From positions 79,834 through 143,833 of the forward strand of contig JADDQY010000078.1 of NCBI GenBank assembly GCA_016781135.1: a stretch of 64,000 bases of DNA, written 5' to 3'. Position 1 is the stretch's first letter; every line of letters begins with the position of its first letter. This document shows, piece after piece, positions 1-8,702 of this stretch. The notes beneath the pieces are model-generated. The model worked only from the letters and a program-made list of their open reading frames with translations. It was not told where the DNA came from and searched no databases. The stretch is from Actinomycetota bacterium. Lineage in GTDB: Bacteria > Actinomycetota > Acidimicrobiia > Acidimicrobiales > CADCSY01. The translations under genes and the position numbers were made by a program.

Positions 1-320
1 GCCACCCACGGGAGCCTCTCCACGCTGCTGGCCGCCCTGGGGCCGGACAGCGTCGCCATCGGATCTCCCACGTCGATGCCCGACGCCCGCCCCACCTCGG
101 CGGGGTCGGTGCGCACCGCCCCGCGCACCACCACGCGATCGACGTCGAGCACCGGAGAGAGCACGACGACTGCACCACAGGCGGCGAGCACGCCCGCCCC
201 CGCCAGCGCGCCCAGTCGCCGCAGGCGCCGTCTCCCCTCGTGGCGACGGATCTCTCGGCGTCGTTCACGGATGCGGGGGTCGATGCCCGGCTCCCGGCGA
301 TCGGCGGAGGTCGCCGTCAC
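1..320 (-). CDS. ftsQ: Cell division protein FtsQ/DivIB (5' part; runs off the window edge)
   Basis: Not in the ORF track. A GTG at 320 overlaps the murB stop (GTGA). Manual translation gives MTATSADRREPGIDPRIRERRREIRRHEGRRRLRRLGALAGAGVLAACGAVVVLSPVLDVDRVVVRG...VERLPWV: basic N-terminus, one TM helix, start of a POTRA domain. dcw position fits. Confidence 0.85.
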   Translation of the reverse strand, partial: MTATSADRREPGIDPRIRERRREIRRHEGRRRLRRLGALAGAGVLAACGAVVVLSPVLDVDRVVVRGAVRTDPAEVGRASGIDVGDPMATLSGPRAASSVERLPWV

Positions 321-1258
321 CCCTCGTCCACCTCCGTCCCCGCCGCGCTGGGAAAGCCGACCAGCCGGAGCTCGGTGGCGAGCTCGACGCCGGTCACCGA
401 TCTCACCCGACGCCTGACCTCGGTGATCAGGGCGGCGACGTCGTCGGCGGAGCCTCCGGGTTCCGACTGGATGAAGTTGGCGTGCTTGTCCGACACCTGG
501 GCCGTGCCCAATCGCAGCCCCCGGCAGCCGGCCTCCTCCACCAGGCGCCCGGCGGCGTCGCCGGGCGGGTTGGCGAACACCGAGCCGGCGTTCTGCCCGC
601 CGGGTTGGTGCTCCCGCCGCCAGCGCACGACCTCGGCCACCTCGGCTCGGGCCGAAGCAGGATCACCGGGGTCGAGTCCGAACTCGGCGGCCACCACCAG
701 TTGGGCGGGGGCCAAGCTGGAACGGCGGTAGCCGAGATCGAGGGCGCCGGCGTCCACCACCCCATCGTGGCCGGTGCGAAGGTCCAAGACGCGGACCCTC
801 GCGAGGGTGGCGGCCATGTCGGACCCGTGCCCCCCGGCGTTCATCCGCACCCCCCCGCCCACCGATCCCGGCACCCCCACCGTCCACTCGAGCCCGCGCA
901 GTCCGGCGGCCGCGGTGCGCCGGGCCAGCACCGGGAGATCGGTGGCCCCGCCGGCGGTGGCCGTCGAAGCGCCGAGGGCAACGGTGGCGAACCCGGGGCC
1001 GAGGGCGACCGCCATCCCCGGAAAGCCGGCGTCGGCGACCAACAGGTTGGACCCCTTGCCCACGACCAGCACCTCCACCCCGGTCGCCTCGACCACCCCC
1101 GCGGCCAGGGCCAGATCGGCCTCGTCGTGGAGCGGGAAGAAGACCGCAGCCGGCCCGCCCACGCGGTAGGTCGTGCGGGGACCGAGGGGATGGTTGGTGA
1201 GCGCCCGTTCACCCAGCAGGCGAGCCGCCTCGATCGCCGCCTGCGAGCTCCGGATCAT
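317..1258 (-). CDS. murB: UDP-N-acetylenolpyruvoylglucosamine reductase
   Basis: Motifs TTYRVGGPA, GKGSNLLVAD, GVPGSVGGGVRMNAG, NAGSVFANP, VSDKHANFI; coupled to murC (ATGA overlap). Confidence 0.97.
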   Translation of the reverse strand: MIRSSQAAIEAARLLGERALTNHPLGPRTTYRVGGPAAVFFPLHDEADLALAAGVVEATGVEVLVVGKGSNLLVADAGFPGMAVALGPGFATVALGASTATAGGATDLPVLARRTAAAGLRGLEWTVGVPGSVGGGVRMNAGGHGSDMAATLARVRVLDLRTGHDGVVDAGALDLGYRRSSLAPAQLVVAAEFGLDPGDPASARAEVAEVVRWRREHQPGGQNAGSVFANPPGDAAGRLVEEAGCRGLRLGTAQVSDKHANFIQSEPGGSADDVAALITEVRRRVRSVTGVELATELRLVGFPSAAGTEVDEG

Positions 1259-2661
1259 CCCGCCGATCGGCTGGCTGCTCGGCGCCGGGCGAGCAGCTCC
1301 ATCACCTCATCGGGAACCGTGGTGAGGTCGCCGGCACCCAGGGTGAGGCAAAGATCGCCGGGGCGCAGCTCGGCCACCAGCCAGGCCAGGACGTCGCGCC
1401 GGCGAGGCAACCACGCCACTCGCCGACCGGGGGCAACGTCGAGGATGGCGTCGACCACGAGCTTGCCGGTGACGCCGGGTATCGGCGCCTGGCCGGCCGG
1501 ATAGATGTCGGTAACCGCGACCACGTCGGCGCCGTCGAAGGCGGACGCGAAGTCGCGCCACAGCGCGGCGGTGCGGGTGTAGCGGTGGGGCTGGAACACG
1601 CAGACGATCCGACGCCACCCGCCGTCACGGGCCGCCGCCACCGCCGCCGCCACCTCGCCGGGCAGGTGGTCGTAGCTGTCGACGAAGGCCACCCCGTCGA
1701 CCTCCCCTCGCCACTCGAAGCGCCGGGCGACGCCCGCGAAGCCGGCCAGGCCTCGCCCGGCTGCCTCGAACGACGCACCGAGCGCCATGGCCGCCACTGC
1801 CGCACCGGCGGCGTTGCGGGCGTTGTGGAGGCCGGGAAGGTTCACCCGAAGGCGGCCCAGCTCGACGCCGGCGTCGGCGAGGCTGAACGACACCGCCGAG
1901 CGGGCCGGCTCGACGTCACTCACCCCGTAGCGCGCCCCCGGGCCGGTGCCGTAGGACAAGTGGGGAAGCTCGGCGGCAACCCGGGCGGCACCCGGATCGT
2001 CGGTGCACACCACCCGCGGCCCCGGCGCCTCGGCGAGGAAGCGGGCGAAGGCCGAGAGCAAGGCGTCGACGCTGCCGTGATAGTCGAGGTGGTCGGGCTC
2101 CACGCTGGTGAGCACCACCGCCTCGGCGCCGAGCTCGAGGAAGGTGCCGTCGCTCTCGTCGGCCTCCACCAGGAACCACTCGCTGTCGTGCCACGCCGCG
2201 CTCTCGCCACCGCCGACGAGGTCGCCGCCGATGAGGAACGACGGACGCACGCCGGCCTCGGTGAGCACTGCCGCCAACATCGCCGTGGTGGTGGTCTTGC
2301 CGTGGGTGCCTCCCACGGCCAGCGTCCGCCGCAGGGCGCACACCGCGGCCAGGGCGGCGCTGCGCCGAACCACGGGGATCCCGGCCTGCCTGGCCCCCAC
2401 CAGCTCGGGGTTGTGCTCGGGGATGCCGGTGGAGGCCACCACCACCTCGGCCCCGGCGACGTGACGAGGGTCATGGCCGAGGTTGACGACCACGCCGAGC
2501 GCTGCCAGGCCCTCGGTGCGCGACGTCCGCGCCACGTCGCTGCCCGACACGGAGTGCCCCATGCCGGCCAGGATCCGGGCGAGCGGCGCCATCCCCGATC
2601 CGCCCACGCCCACCAGGTGGAGGCGCCGGGGACGGCCGAGATCGAGGATCGGCCCAGGCAC
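1255..2661 (-). CDS. murC: UDP-N-acetylmuramate--L-alanine ligase
   Basis: HLVGVGGSGM, GGTHGKTTTT, VEADESDGTF, DSYDHLPGE (DYAHHP-like), FQPHRYTRT. Start set at GTG 2661, 8 nt after a TATCGT -10 box; the ORF track starts at TTG 2670. Confidence 0.96.
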   Translation of the reverse strand: MPGPILDLGRPRRLHLVGVGGSGMAPLARILAGMGHSVSGSDVARTSRTEGLAALGVVVNLGHDPRHVAGAEVVVASTGIPEHNPELVGARQAGIPVVRRSAALAAVCALRRTLAVGGTHGKTTTTAMLAAVLTEAGVRPSFLIGGDLVGGGESAAWHDSEWFLVEADESDGTFLELGAEAVVLTSVEPDHLDYHGSVDALLSAFARFLAEAPGPRVVCTDDPGAARVAAELPHLSYGTGPGARYGVSDVEPARSAVSFSLADAGVELGRLRVNLPGLHNARNAAGAAVAAMALGASFEAAGRGLAGFAGVARRFEWRGEVDGVAFVDSYDHLPGEVAAAVAAARDGGWRRIVCVFQPHRYTRTAALWRDFASAFDGADVVAVTDIYPAGQAPIPGVTGKLVVDAILDVAPGRRVAWLPRRRDVLAWLVAELRPGDLCLTLGAGDLTTVPDEVMELLARRRAASRSAG

Positions 2662-2669
2662 GCTGCCCA

Positions 2670-2723
2670 ACGATACGGCGAGTCCGCTTGCGATGGAGCA
2701 CCCCGGACGAGGTCACCTATCCT
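2670..2723. promoter_or_regulatory. Putative back-to-back promoters: -10 TATCGT (minus, 2670-2675) for murC and -10 TATCCT (plus, 2718-2723) for the murG-like cassette
   Basis: Two TANNNT hexamers pointing in opposite directions in the divergent intergenic gap; no clear -35 boxes. Confidence 0.5.
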
Positions 2724-2962
2724 GCGGACGCCATGACCGGAGCCTGTCGCCCTCGCCGTGGGGCACTGCCTTTGGCCGCCGGCCACTCCCGCCCCCCCAG
2801 CCAACCTCGTCTTGGATGTCGGCCCTGCCCAGCGAAGCGAGCGCGGAGGTCGTGTGGGCCGGGGACGGCCGTGGTCGCCGGATCACCGGCGACCACGAAG
2901 CGGAGCGCCGCTCGTCGCCAGGGTGACAACGCTGGGGCGGGCGGAGCGAGTGGAGCGAGCGA

Positions 2963-4096
2963 GTGAGGCCGAACGTCGTCATCGCCGCCGGGGGGACGGG
3001 CGGGCACATCTTCCCCGGTCTGGCCGTCGCCGACGCCATCCGCCGGACCGAGCCCGCTGCCTCGGTGTCGTTCGTGGGCACCCGGAGGGGCCTGGAGACG
3101 ACGCTCATCCCCGGTGCCGGCTACGAGCTCGAGCTGATCGACATGGTCCCCTTCACGGGAAGGACAGCAGCGTTGCTCCCGGCCGCCCTGGTGCGGGCCA
3201 CGGCCCAAGCTCGGCGGATCCTGCGAGCCCGCCGAGCCGACGTCGTGGTGGGGATGGGCGCCTACCTGAGCGTCCCGGTCGTCGCCGCCGCCCGCCTGGC
3301 CGGGATCCCCTCGCTCGTGCACGAGTCGGGAGCGGTCCCCGGACGGGCCAACCTGGTCGCCGCCCGTCTGGGCGGCAACGTGGCCACGGCTTTCGCCGAG
3401 GCCGCCCCCGCCTTCGGCCACGCCGTCGTGCGGACGGTGGGCATGCCCCTCGGTCCCGAGCTCGTCGGCTTCGACCGCCAGGTGCTGCGCCCTGCGGCCC
3501 GCCACGCCCACCGGCTCGACGACGACACCCTCATGGTGCTGGTGAACGGCGGCAGCCAGGGTGCCAGCTCGCTCAACCGCCTGGCCATCGGCCTGGCCCG
3601 GCGTTGGCACGACCGCCACGACGTCCGAATCCTGTTGAAGGCCGGATCGCGTGACCACGAGCGCACCGAGGCCGAGCTGCGGGCGAGCCCCGGCGCGCAG
3701 CTGGTCGAGCTCACCCGCTTCATCGACCGCATGGACCACGCCTACGCCGCCGCCGACGTGGCCGTGTGTCGGCCGGGCGCCGGCACCGTCGCCGAGCTCG
3801 CCGTCGTCGGGCTGCCCGCCGTGCTCGTGCCCTATCCCCACGCCCCCTTCGACCACCAGGCGCGCAACGCCGCCGCCCTGGTCGCTGCCGGAGCCGCCCT
3901 CATGGTGCGTGACCACGAGGCCACTCCCGAGGTGGTCGGGCCCCTCCTCGAAGCCATCCTCGACGACCGGGAGCGCCTCGAGCAGATGTGCTCGGGGCTC
4001 GCCGGCATGGCCCACCCGCGTGCGGCCGACGAGCTGGCGGCGTGGGCCCTGAGCCTGTCCACCGAGCACCGGTGGGCAGCCGCCGACGCACCGTGA
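2963..4096 (+). CDS. murG: MurG-like GT28 glycosyltransferase (divergent; opposite strand to the dcw cluster)
   Basis: GGTGGHIFP, GGSQGA, RPGAGTVAE and DHQARNA are present, but HEQN reads HESG, GNPVR reads GMPLG and GGY reads GAY. Confidence 0.85.
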   Translation: MRPNVVIAAGGTGGHIFPGLAVADAIRRTEPAASVSFVGTRRGLETTLIPGAGYELELIDMVPFTGRTAALLPAALVRATAQARRILRARRADVVVGMGAYLSVPVVAAARLAGIPSLVHESGAVPGRANLVAARLGGNVATAFAEAAPAFGHAVVRTVGMPLGPELVGFDRQVLRPAARHAHRLDDDTLMVLVNGGSQGASSLNRLAIGLARRWHDRHDVRILLKAGSRDHERTEAELRASPGAQLVELTRFIDRMDHAYAAADVAVCRPGAGTVAELAVVGLPAVLVPYPHAPFDHQARNAAALVAAGAALMVRDHEATPEVVGPLLEAILDDRERLEQMCSGLAGMAHPRAADELAAWALSLSTEHRWAAADAP

Positions 4097-5139
4097 CCGC
4101 CGTCGTTGGCGCCGACGACGAGATCGGCCGAGTGTTCGAGCGCCTGCACGACAACGGCGTCGGCATCGCCGTGGTCGTCAGGGGTGACGTCGGCGGTGGT
4201 GGGGGCGTCGTGGGCACCATCTCCGACGGCGACATCCGCCGGGCCCACCTCCTCGGGCGGGGACTGACCACCAAGGTGTCGGAGGTCATGGGCGACGACC
4301 CGGCCATCGTGGAGCCCGAGACGCCCGACGACGAGGTGCGGGCGCTGCTCGAACGCCGCCGGCTCCCGGCCGCCGCCGTGGTGGAGGGGGGCCGGCTGGC
4401 CGGGCTGCGCCACCTCGACGAGGTCGGTGGCCACCAGCCGCCGGTGACCGCGGTGATCCTCGCCGGGGGCCGGGGACAACGCCTCCGCCCGCTCACCGAC
4501 AAGGTTCCCAAGCCGCTGCTCACGGTGGGTCGCACCACCATCGTGGAACGCCTCCTCGAGGGCCTGTGGGCGGCGGGCGTGGCCGACGTCTACCTGTCGG
4601 TCAACTACAAGGCTGAAGTGTTCGAGGAGCGCCTCGGCGACGGCGAGGGCTACGGGGTGCACCTTCGCTACCTGCGTGAGCGCACCGAGCTCAACACCGC
4701 CGGTCCCCTGTCGCTGCTGCCAGAGCGCCCCTCCGGTCCGATCCTCGTCATGAACGCCGACCAGGTCACCGCCCTGCACTTCGCCCGCTTGGTCGACTAC
4801 CACCGCCAGCAGGCGGCAGCGATCACCGTCGGCACCTTCGACTACGCCGTCAAGGTGCCCTACGGGGTGTTGCACCTCGAGGGCGACCGGATCACCGGCA
4901 TCGAGGAGAAGCCAACCCTGCACCGGCCGTGCAACGCCGGCATCTACGTCCTCGAGCCCGAGGTGGTCGGGCTCGTTCCGCCCGAGACCTTCTTCGGGAT
5001 GCCGAGCCTGGTCGAGCTGGTGCTCGCCCAGGGCGGCAAGGTGGTGTCGTTCCCGATCCTCGAGAAGTTCATCGACATCGGGACCCTGGAGGAGCTGGAA
5101 GCGGCACTCGTCCTGTTCGCCACCGGCGAGGAGGTGTGA
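4093..5139 (+). CDS. CBS-domain sugar-1-phosphate nucleotidyltransferase (PtmE/LegX-like)
   Basis: GTG overlaps the murG stop (GTGA). N-terminal CBS pair (GTISDGDIRR), then ILAGGRGQRLRPLTDKVPKPLL, VPYGVL, EEKP, NAGIYVL, DIG. Confidence 0.9.
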   Translation: MTAVVGADDEIGRVFERLHDNGVGIAVVVRGDVGGGGGVVGTISDGDIRRAHLLGRGLTTKVSEVMGDDPAIVEPETPDDEVRALLERRRLPAAAVVEGGRLAGLRHLDEVGGHQPPVTAVILAGGRGQRLRPLTDKVPKPLLTVGRTTIVERLLEGLWAAGVADVYLSVNYKAEVFEERLGDGEGYGVHLRYLRERTELNTAGPLSLLPERPSGPILVMNADQVTALHFARLVDYHRQQAAAITVGTFDYAVKVPYGVLHLEGDRITGIEEKPTLHRPCNAGIYVLEPEVVGLVPPETFFGMPSLVELVLAQGGKVVSFPILEKFIDIGTLEELEAALVLFATGEEV

Positions 5140-5141
5140 GC

Positions 5142-6128
5142 ATGGGCGGCTGGCACGGGCGCAAGGTCGTGGTGACCGGAGGTGAGGGCTTCATCGGCAG
5201 CACCCTCGTCGAGCGCCTGGTGCGTGAGGGGGCCGACGTGCGGGCCTTGGTCCACTACAACCCGTTCGGGAAGGCGGGCTGGCTCGATCCCGAGGTGCAC
5301 GCCGACGTCGAGGTCGTCCCCGGCGACGTGCGGGACGCCGAGCGGGTCTTCACCGCCGTCGACGGCCGCGAGGTCGTGTTCCACCTGGCGGCACTGATCG
5401 GCATCCCCTACAGCTATGCCGCCCCCGAGAGCTACGTGCAGGTGAACGTCACCGGGACCCACCACGTGGCCCGGGCGTGCCTGCGGGCCGGCGTCGAGCG
5501 CCTGGTGCACACCTCGACGAGCGAGACCTACGGCACCGCCCGCCGGGTACCCATCGCCGAGGACCACCCGCTCCAGCCCCAGTCGCCGTACTCGGCGTCG
5601 AAGATCGGCGCCGACATGATGGCCCTGTCGTTCTTCCATGCCTTCGCCCTGCCGGTGGCGGTGGTGCGCCCCTTCAACACCTACGGGCCCCGCCAGTCGA
5701 CCCGGGCGGTGATCCCCACCATTTTGGCCCAGCTCCACGGCGGCGCCAGCCGCATCGAGCTCGGCGCCACCTCCCCCACCCGTGACTTCAACTACGTCGA
5801 CGACACCGTGTCCGGCTTCCTCGCCGTCGCCGGCTGCGAGCGGGCGGTGGGCGAGGTCGTCAACATCGGTTCGGGCCGGGAGATCTCCATCGGTGACCTG
5901 GTGGCGCTGCTCATCGCCATCACCGGCAGCGAGGCGACCGTGGTGACCGATCCCGAGCGGCTGCGACCGGCCGGCAGCGAGGTGGAGCGGCTGGTGTGCG
6001 ACAACCGCCGGGCTCGGGAGTGGGCCGGATGGGAGCCGGCGGTCACCCTCGAGGAGGGCCTGGCCCGCACCTCGGCGTGGGTGGCCGAGCACCGCGGTGC
6101 CCTCGACACGTCGGGCTACTCGGTGTAG
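5142..6128 (+). CDS. NAD-dependent nucleotide-sugar 4,6-dehydratase (LegB-like extended SDR)
   Basis: VTGGEGFIGS, HLAALIGIPYSY, HTSTSETYG, YSASK (YxxxK), RPFNTYGPRQSTRAVIPTI, LRPAGSEVERL. ATG is 2 nt after the previous stop. Confidence 0.9.
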   Translation: MGGWHGRKVVVTGGEGFIGSTLVERLVREGADVRALVHYNPFGKAGWLDPEVHADVEVVPGDVRDAERVFTAVDGREVVFHLAALIGIPYSYAAPESYVQVNVTGTHHVARACLRAGVERLVHTSTSETYGTARRVPIAEDHPLQPQSPYSASKIGADMMALSFFHAFALPVAVVRPFNTYGPRQSTRAVIPTILAQLHGGASRIELGATSPTRDFNYVDDTVSGFLAVAGCERAVGEVVNIGSGREISIGDLVALLIAITGSEATVVTDPERLRPAGSEVERLVCDNRRAREWAGWEPAVTLEEGLARTSAWVAEHRGALDTSGYSV

Positions 6129-6135
6129 CCGCTCC

Positions 6136-7362
6136 TCAGGGCCGGAGCCGGCGACCGCCGCGGCGAGCGGCGGTGCCGGAGTGGTCAGGGGTGGCGTGGG
6201 CGGCGATGTTGAGCAGGATGCCGGTGGCGGCCATGGTGACGAGCAGGGAGGACCCGCCGAAGGAGACGAACGGCAGGGTCAGGCCGGTGATGGGCAGCAC
6301 CCCGACCACCCCACCGATGTTGACCAGGGCCTGGGCCAGGATCCAGGCGGTGATGCCCCCGGCGACGAGCATGCCGAAGCGATCAGGAGCGCCCAGGGCG
6401 GCGCGCATGCCGAGCATGCCGAAGGCGAGGAACAACGCCAGCACCAGGACGGCACCGACGAGGCCCAGCTCCTCGCCGATGATGGCGAAGATGAAGTCGG
6501 TGTGGGCGTTCGGCAGGAACCCGTACTTGGCCCGGCTCGCTCCCACCCCCACGCCAAACAGCCCGCCGGCCGCCAGGCCCGTGAGCGACTGGGTGATCTG
6601 GTAGCCGGTGTTCAGCGGGTCGGCGGTGGGGTGGAGGAACACGAGGAGCCGGTCGCGCCGGTAGCTCTCGCCCAGGGCGAGGAGCAGGGCAGCAGCCGTG
6701 CCGACGCCGACCACCCCGGACAGCCGGCCCACAGGGATCCCGGCGAGGAACAGGACCGACACCACGATGGCGCCCACCACCAGGGTGGTGCCGAGGTCGG
6801 GCTCCAACATGATCAACCCGGCGGTGAGGCCGGCCACGGCCAGCACCGGCCGCAGCGTCGACCGGCTGTCGTCGATGCGGTGGGCCCGGCGGCTGAGCAG
6901 GTCGGCGCAGAACAGCAGCAGCGCCACCTTGGCCAGCTCCGAGGGCTGCAGGCGGGCGGGGCCGAGCTCGATCCAGCTCCGGGCGCCGTTGACCTCGACG
7001 CCGATGGCCGGGTGCAGCACCACCACCAGCAGCACCGTGGCACAGCCGAGCAACAGCGGAGCCAGGCGCTGCCACCGGCGGTAATGGACCTTGGCCGTGA
7101 CCACGAGGGCGACGGTGGAGATGGCCAGCCACGTGGCCTGGCGACCGAAGTAGGTGAGGGTCGAGCCGGACTCGCGCAACGCCTGCACCGAGGAGGCGGA
7201 GAGCACCATGGCCAGCCCCACGACGTCGAGGACGATGACGACCACGGCCAACCCCACGAACGCTGCCGGGCGCCGCCGCCTGCTCCTGGGCGCGCCTCGC
7301 CTCGGGGCAGCGGCGGATGCGACAGGGGACGCCGAGGGGCCGACCGGCGGACGACCGGTCAC
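6136..7362 (-). CDS. ftsW: SEDS peptidoglycan polymerase FtsW
   Basis: MVLSASS, GARSWI, QPSELAK, EPDLGT, YQITQS, LPNAHTDFIFAIIGEELG, LPFVSFGGSS; GTG overlaps the murD stop. Confidence 0.96.
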   Translation of the reverse strand: MTGRPPVGPSASPVASAAAPRRGAPRSRRRRPAAFVGLAVVVIVLDVVGLAMVLSASSVQALRESGSTLTYFGRQATWLAISTVALVVTAKVHYRRWQRLAPLLLGCATVLLVVVLHPAIGVEVNGARSWIELGPARLQPSELAKVALLLFCADLLSRRAHRIDDSRSTLRPVLAVAGLTAGLIMLEPDLGTTLVVGAIVVSVLFLAGIPVGRLSGVVGVGTAAALLLALGESYRRDRLLVFLHPTADPLNTGYQITQSLTGLAAGGLFGVGVGASRAKYGFLPNAHTDFIFAIIGEELGLVGAVLVLALFLAFGMLGMRAALGAPDRFGMLVAGGITAWILAQALVNIGGVVGVLPITGLTLPFVSFGGSSLLVTMAATGILLNIAAHATPDHSGTAARRGGRRLRP

Positions 7363-8702
7363 GCCGGCACCGCCGCTGCCGCTCGCACCGCCCGAGCGAA
7401 GTCGTCGCCCCGCTCGGCGTAGGAGGAGTACCAGTCGTAGGAGGCGCAGCCCGGTGACAGCAGCACGGCGTCGCCCGGGTGGGCCCGGGCCCGAGCGGCG
7501 GCCACGGCGCCGTCCATGGAGGTGGCGACGGCGACGGGGACGAGCCCGGCGGCGAAGGCACGCTCCACCTCGGGGGCGGCCTCCCCGATGGCCACCACCG
7601 CCCGCAGCCGCGGGGCCAGCTCGGCCAGCACCGACAGGTCCAGGCCCTTGTTGCGCCCACCGGCGATCAACACCACCGACGGGAAGCCGGCGACGGCGGC
7701 GGCGGCGGCATGGGGATCGGTCGCCTTGGAGTCGTCGTAGTAGGCGACGCCGTCGAGCTCGCCGACGAGGCTGAGGCGATGGGGAAGGCCCGGGAACGAA
7801 CGCAGGGTCGACCGCACGGCCACGAGCGACGCACCGGCGGCGAGCGCGGTGGCCGCGGCGGCCAGGGCGTTGGTCACGTCGTGGGGCAGTCCTCGCCACA
7901 GCTCGTCGACCCCGAGCACGACCTCCCCGTCGGGCCCGGTCAGGGCGCCGTCGGCCACGCGCCAGTCACCGGCCGAGCCGAACGTCACGAGCCGCGAGGC
8001 GATCCCGGCGGCCCACGCCATGACCACGGGGTCGTCGGCGTTGGCCACCGCCACCTGGTGGGGGCTCTGGGCCGTCCAGATCCGGGCCTTGGCTGCCGCG
8101 TAGGCCTCCATGCTCGGGTGCCAGTCAAGGTGGTCCTCGGCGTGGTTCAGCCACACGGCCACGTTCGGCCGAAAGCTCGAGGTGAACTGCAGGCGGAACG
8201 AGGAGGCCTCGACCACCACCAGGTCGAGCTCGTCGTGGCGGGCGATGGCGTCGACGAGCGGCAGGTCGTTGTTGCCGGCGGCCACCGTGCGCAGGCCGCT
8301 GGCGGCGAGCATGCGCTCCACCATGGTGGTGACGGTGGTCTTGCCGTTGGTGCCGGTGACCGCCACCATCGGCAGCTGCGACCACCGGGCCGCCAGCTCG
8401 AGCTCGCTCCACACCGGCGTGCCCGAGGCGGTGGCGGCGGCGATGGCGGGGTGGGCGATCGGCACCCCCGGGCTGGGTACGACCAGATCGGCCTGGGCGA
8501 CGAGGGCCGACAGCTCCGGCGCCGAGGGGGCAGTGACGAAGGTGACCCCGCGGGCGCCGAGGCTCTCGGCCCGGGACCGGGCCGACGCCGACGGGCGGTC
8601 GTCGACCACCGTGGTCGCCCAACCCCGCTCGGCCAGGCGCCGGGCGGCCGCCTCGCCGGCAACGCCCAACCCCACCACCAGCACCCGGCCCGGGCCGCTC
8701 AT
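7359..8702 (-). CDS. murD: UDP-MurNAc-L-Ala--D-glutamate ligase
   Basis: VVGLGVAG, SPGVP, VTGTNGKTT, EASSFRL, NHAEDHLDWH, HRL, DDSKATD, LLSPGCASYD. Confidence 0.96.
   Translation of the reverse strand: MSGPGRVLVVGLGVAGEAAARRLAERGWATTVVDDRPSASARSRAESLGARGVTFVTAPSAPELSALVAQADLVVPSPGVPIAHPAIAAATASGTPVWSELELAARWSQLPMVAVTGTNGKTTVTTMVERMLAASGLRTVAAGNNDLPLVDAIARHDELDLVVVEASSFRLQFTSSFRPNVAVWLNHAEDHLDWHPSMEAYAAAKARIWTAQSPHQVAVANADDPVVMAWAAGIASRLVTFGSAGDWRVADGALTGPDGEVVLGVDELWRGLPHDVTNALAAAATALAAGASLVAVRSTLRSFPGLPHRLSLVGELDGVAYYDDSKATDPHAAAAAVAGFPSVVLIAGGRNKGLDLSVLAELAPRLRAVVAIGEAAPEVERAFAAGLVPVAVATSMDGAVAAARARAHPGDAVLLSPGCASYDWYSSYAERGDDFARAVRAAAAVPA

Noticed and set aside
2943-6135. 6-bp inverted match GGAGCG (2943-2948) / CGCTCC (6130-6135) at the cassette ends as invertase sites
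   Set aside because: Too short to be significant at this GC content, and no recombinase lies nearby; not claimed as a phase-variable switch.
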